From Antedon mediterranea (taxonomy: Eukaryota; Animalia; Echinodermata), in contig NC_092674.1 of assembly GCF_964355755.1 (NCBI RefSeq), forward strand, positions 8,246,001 to 8,310,000: DNA of 64,000 bases. Reading direction: 5' to 3'. Below, one piece after another: positions 62,461 to 64,000 of the stretch. Under the pieces are notes generated by a model that saw only the letters and a list, made by a program, of their open reading frames with translations, searched no databases and was not told the DNA's origin. Position numbers and translations under genes: made by a program. The stretch's first letter is position 1. Every line of letters starts with the position of its first letter.

Positions 62461-64000
62461 GTGACCACGTTAAGCAAAAGCACTGTGTGTAAAGTTTATT
62501 TCTTTATGTCCAGTTACAGTTTTAAAGAAAATTGCATGATAATGTGGGCCTGTTTTGTTTTTTGTTTGTTTTTGGAATGTACAAACATATTGGTAAAACA
62601 CTCGTTTGATGTTGAAGCTAACCAGGACCTGCAGTGAATACAGTGTGCCTTTGAGCGTTAAGCGTAAATATCCGTAATAAACTTATTTCCCAAGATATGT
62701 TTTTATTTATTAACACGACTTAAACTATTTATTTTACAATAACATGAACGTTCCTTTAAAAACGTTGTTGTTTTCTTTTCAAAGTACTGTATATAGAGAA
62801 GTTACGAAGACAACGTTATTATTGGTCACTTTCAACGAAATGCAAAATAATAACATATTTTTTTTTAACACAGACCTGAAATTTTGGTTTGTTTTACAGA
62901 AATGTTTAATAACCAATTTATCTTAAATTGGTTGCCATCCATTTTAATATTAACGTAACAAATTTTATTTTGCAATTTACAACTGTTCTGTTTATTAGAA
63001 AAGACGATTATTTTCTATTCTATTTTTATAATTACAGTACGGACAAATCGAATTTATTGAGTTTAGACATAATTTGGAAAAAAATGTATTCAACATTTTT
63101 TGTATTGTATTAGTTGAATAATGTGTATGTTTAGTTTGTTTTCGGAATGGATTGCTAGTAGGAACCTATGTACATTTAAAATTATCAATCTTGTTATATT
63201 TATCTTATTACCTTATTGTCCAGCACTGTATTTTGGTTTGTCGGTCTGTATGTATGTTCCACTTGTTCAGTGTTAACAATAACAACACTTTAGAAGGTAG
63301 GCCTACATTATGCCTGTATTTTGTATTTTTGTAAACGACTCCTTTAAATTACAAATAACAAAATAGATCACACGTAAAAACGTCATTACCTTTTGAACAT
63401 TATTCTTTGTGAAAATAAAATGATACCGAAAACAAAGAACTTGGTAAAATGTATTTTATTACCTGAAATTAAAAGCGGCACAGTACACGGATTTGCAAAG
63501 TCGAGCTGAGACGCCAATATAATGAGTGTAGTGTTTGAAATTTACAATTTTTAATTTGCATAGGACTTGCATTCGCTTTTTCGTTGTATTAATCAAGGTT
63601 TGATTCAATTTTATTTTATTATTAATTTAAACTGATACACCGTTAATGAGAATTTGGTCTTGATTGGAAAGATAGATCAATATAAGAAAGTATTTAGCTT
63701 GACAAAATGGCTTGAGGAAGAGGAGAAAGCATAAGAAAATGGATCTGCTGGCGAGCAAGAAACAGAGATTTGTGCCATAAAATGATCACCAACATCATAC
63801 GGCACGTAGACATACAGATCATAGACATACAGATACACTGTTAATGAGATACCTTATCTGCGTAATTTGCTACTAATTTAATATAACATCACACAAATTG
63901 AGTCCGCATACACAGTAATACAGTTTAAATTCGTGCGTTGATGAACCCGCAAAGTAGGTCCATCACGGACGAATCTTGTATATAATATTGATTAGACAAC

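Overview
AT-rich animal genomic DNA. A marine invertebrate deuterostome such as an echinoderm is plausible, but this is inferred from repeat and motif style only. I can support one protein-coding gene: a minus-strand, 7-coding-exon neuroligin-like cholinesterase-like adhesion molecule. I spliced it by hand: CDS 28184..4018, 2196 nt, 731 aa, all introns GT-AG with consistent phases, first coding intron 16.6 kb. It is non-catalytic, with Gly, Asp and Phe at the Ser, Glu and His triad positions. From 28.4 kb to 64 kb there is no recognisable coding gene; this is probably a long 5'UTR intron or regulatory region. The rest is short mobile DNA: two Harbinger-type MITE families, DINE-1-like Helentron-associated elements, 3' ends of RTE, Rex-Babar and CR1/L2 LINEs, a long palindromic element and tandem repeats. 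The most unusual non-coding items are an intact-looking Pol III tRNA-like gene (anticodon ATC) between identical direct repeats inside a (TA)n tract, a Penelope-type minimal hammerhead ribozyme remnant also in (TA)n, a 25-bp micro-transposon with a 7-bp TSD, and a MITE flanked by a 44-bp duplication. I found no clear multi-gene novel system.
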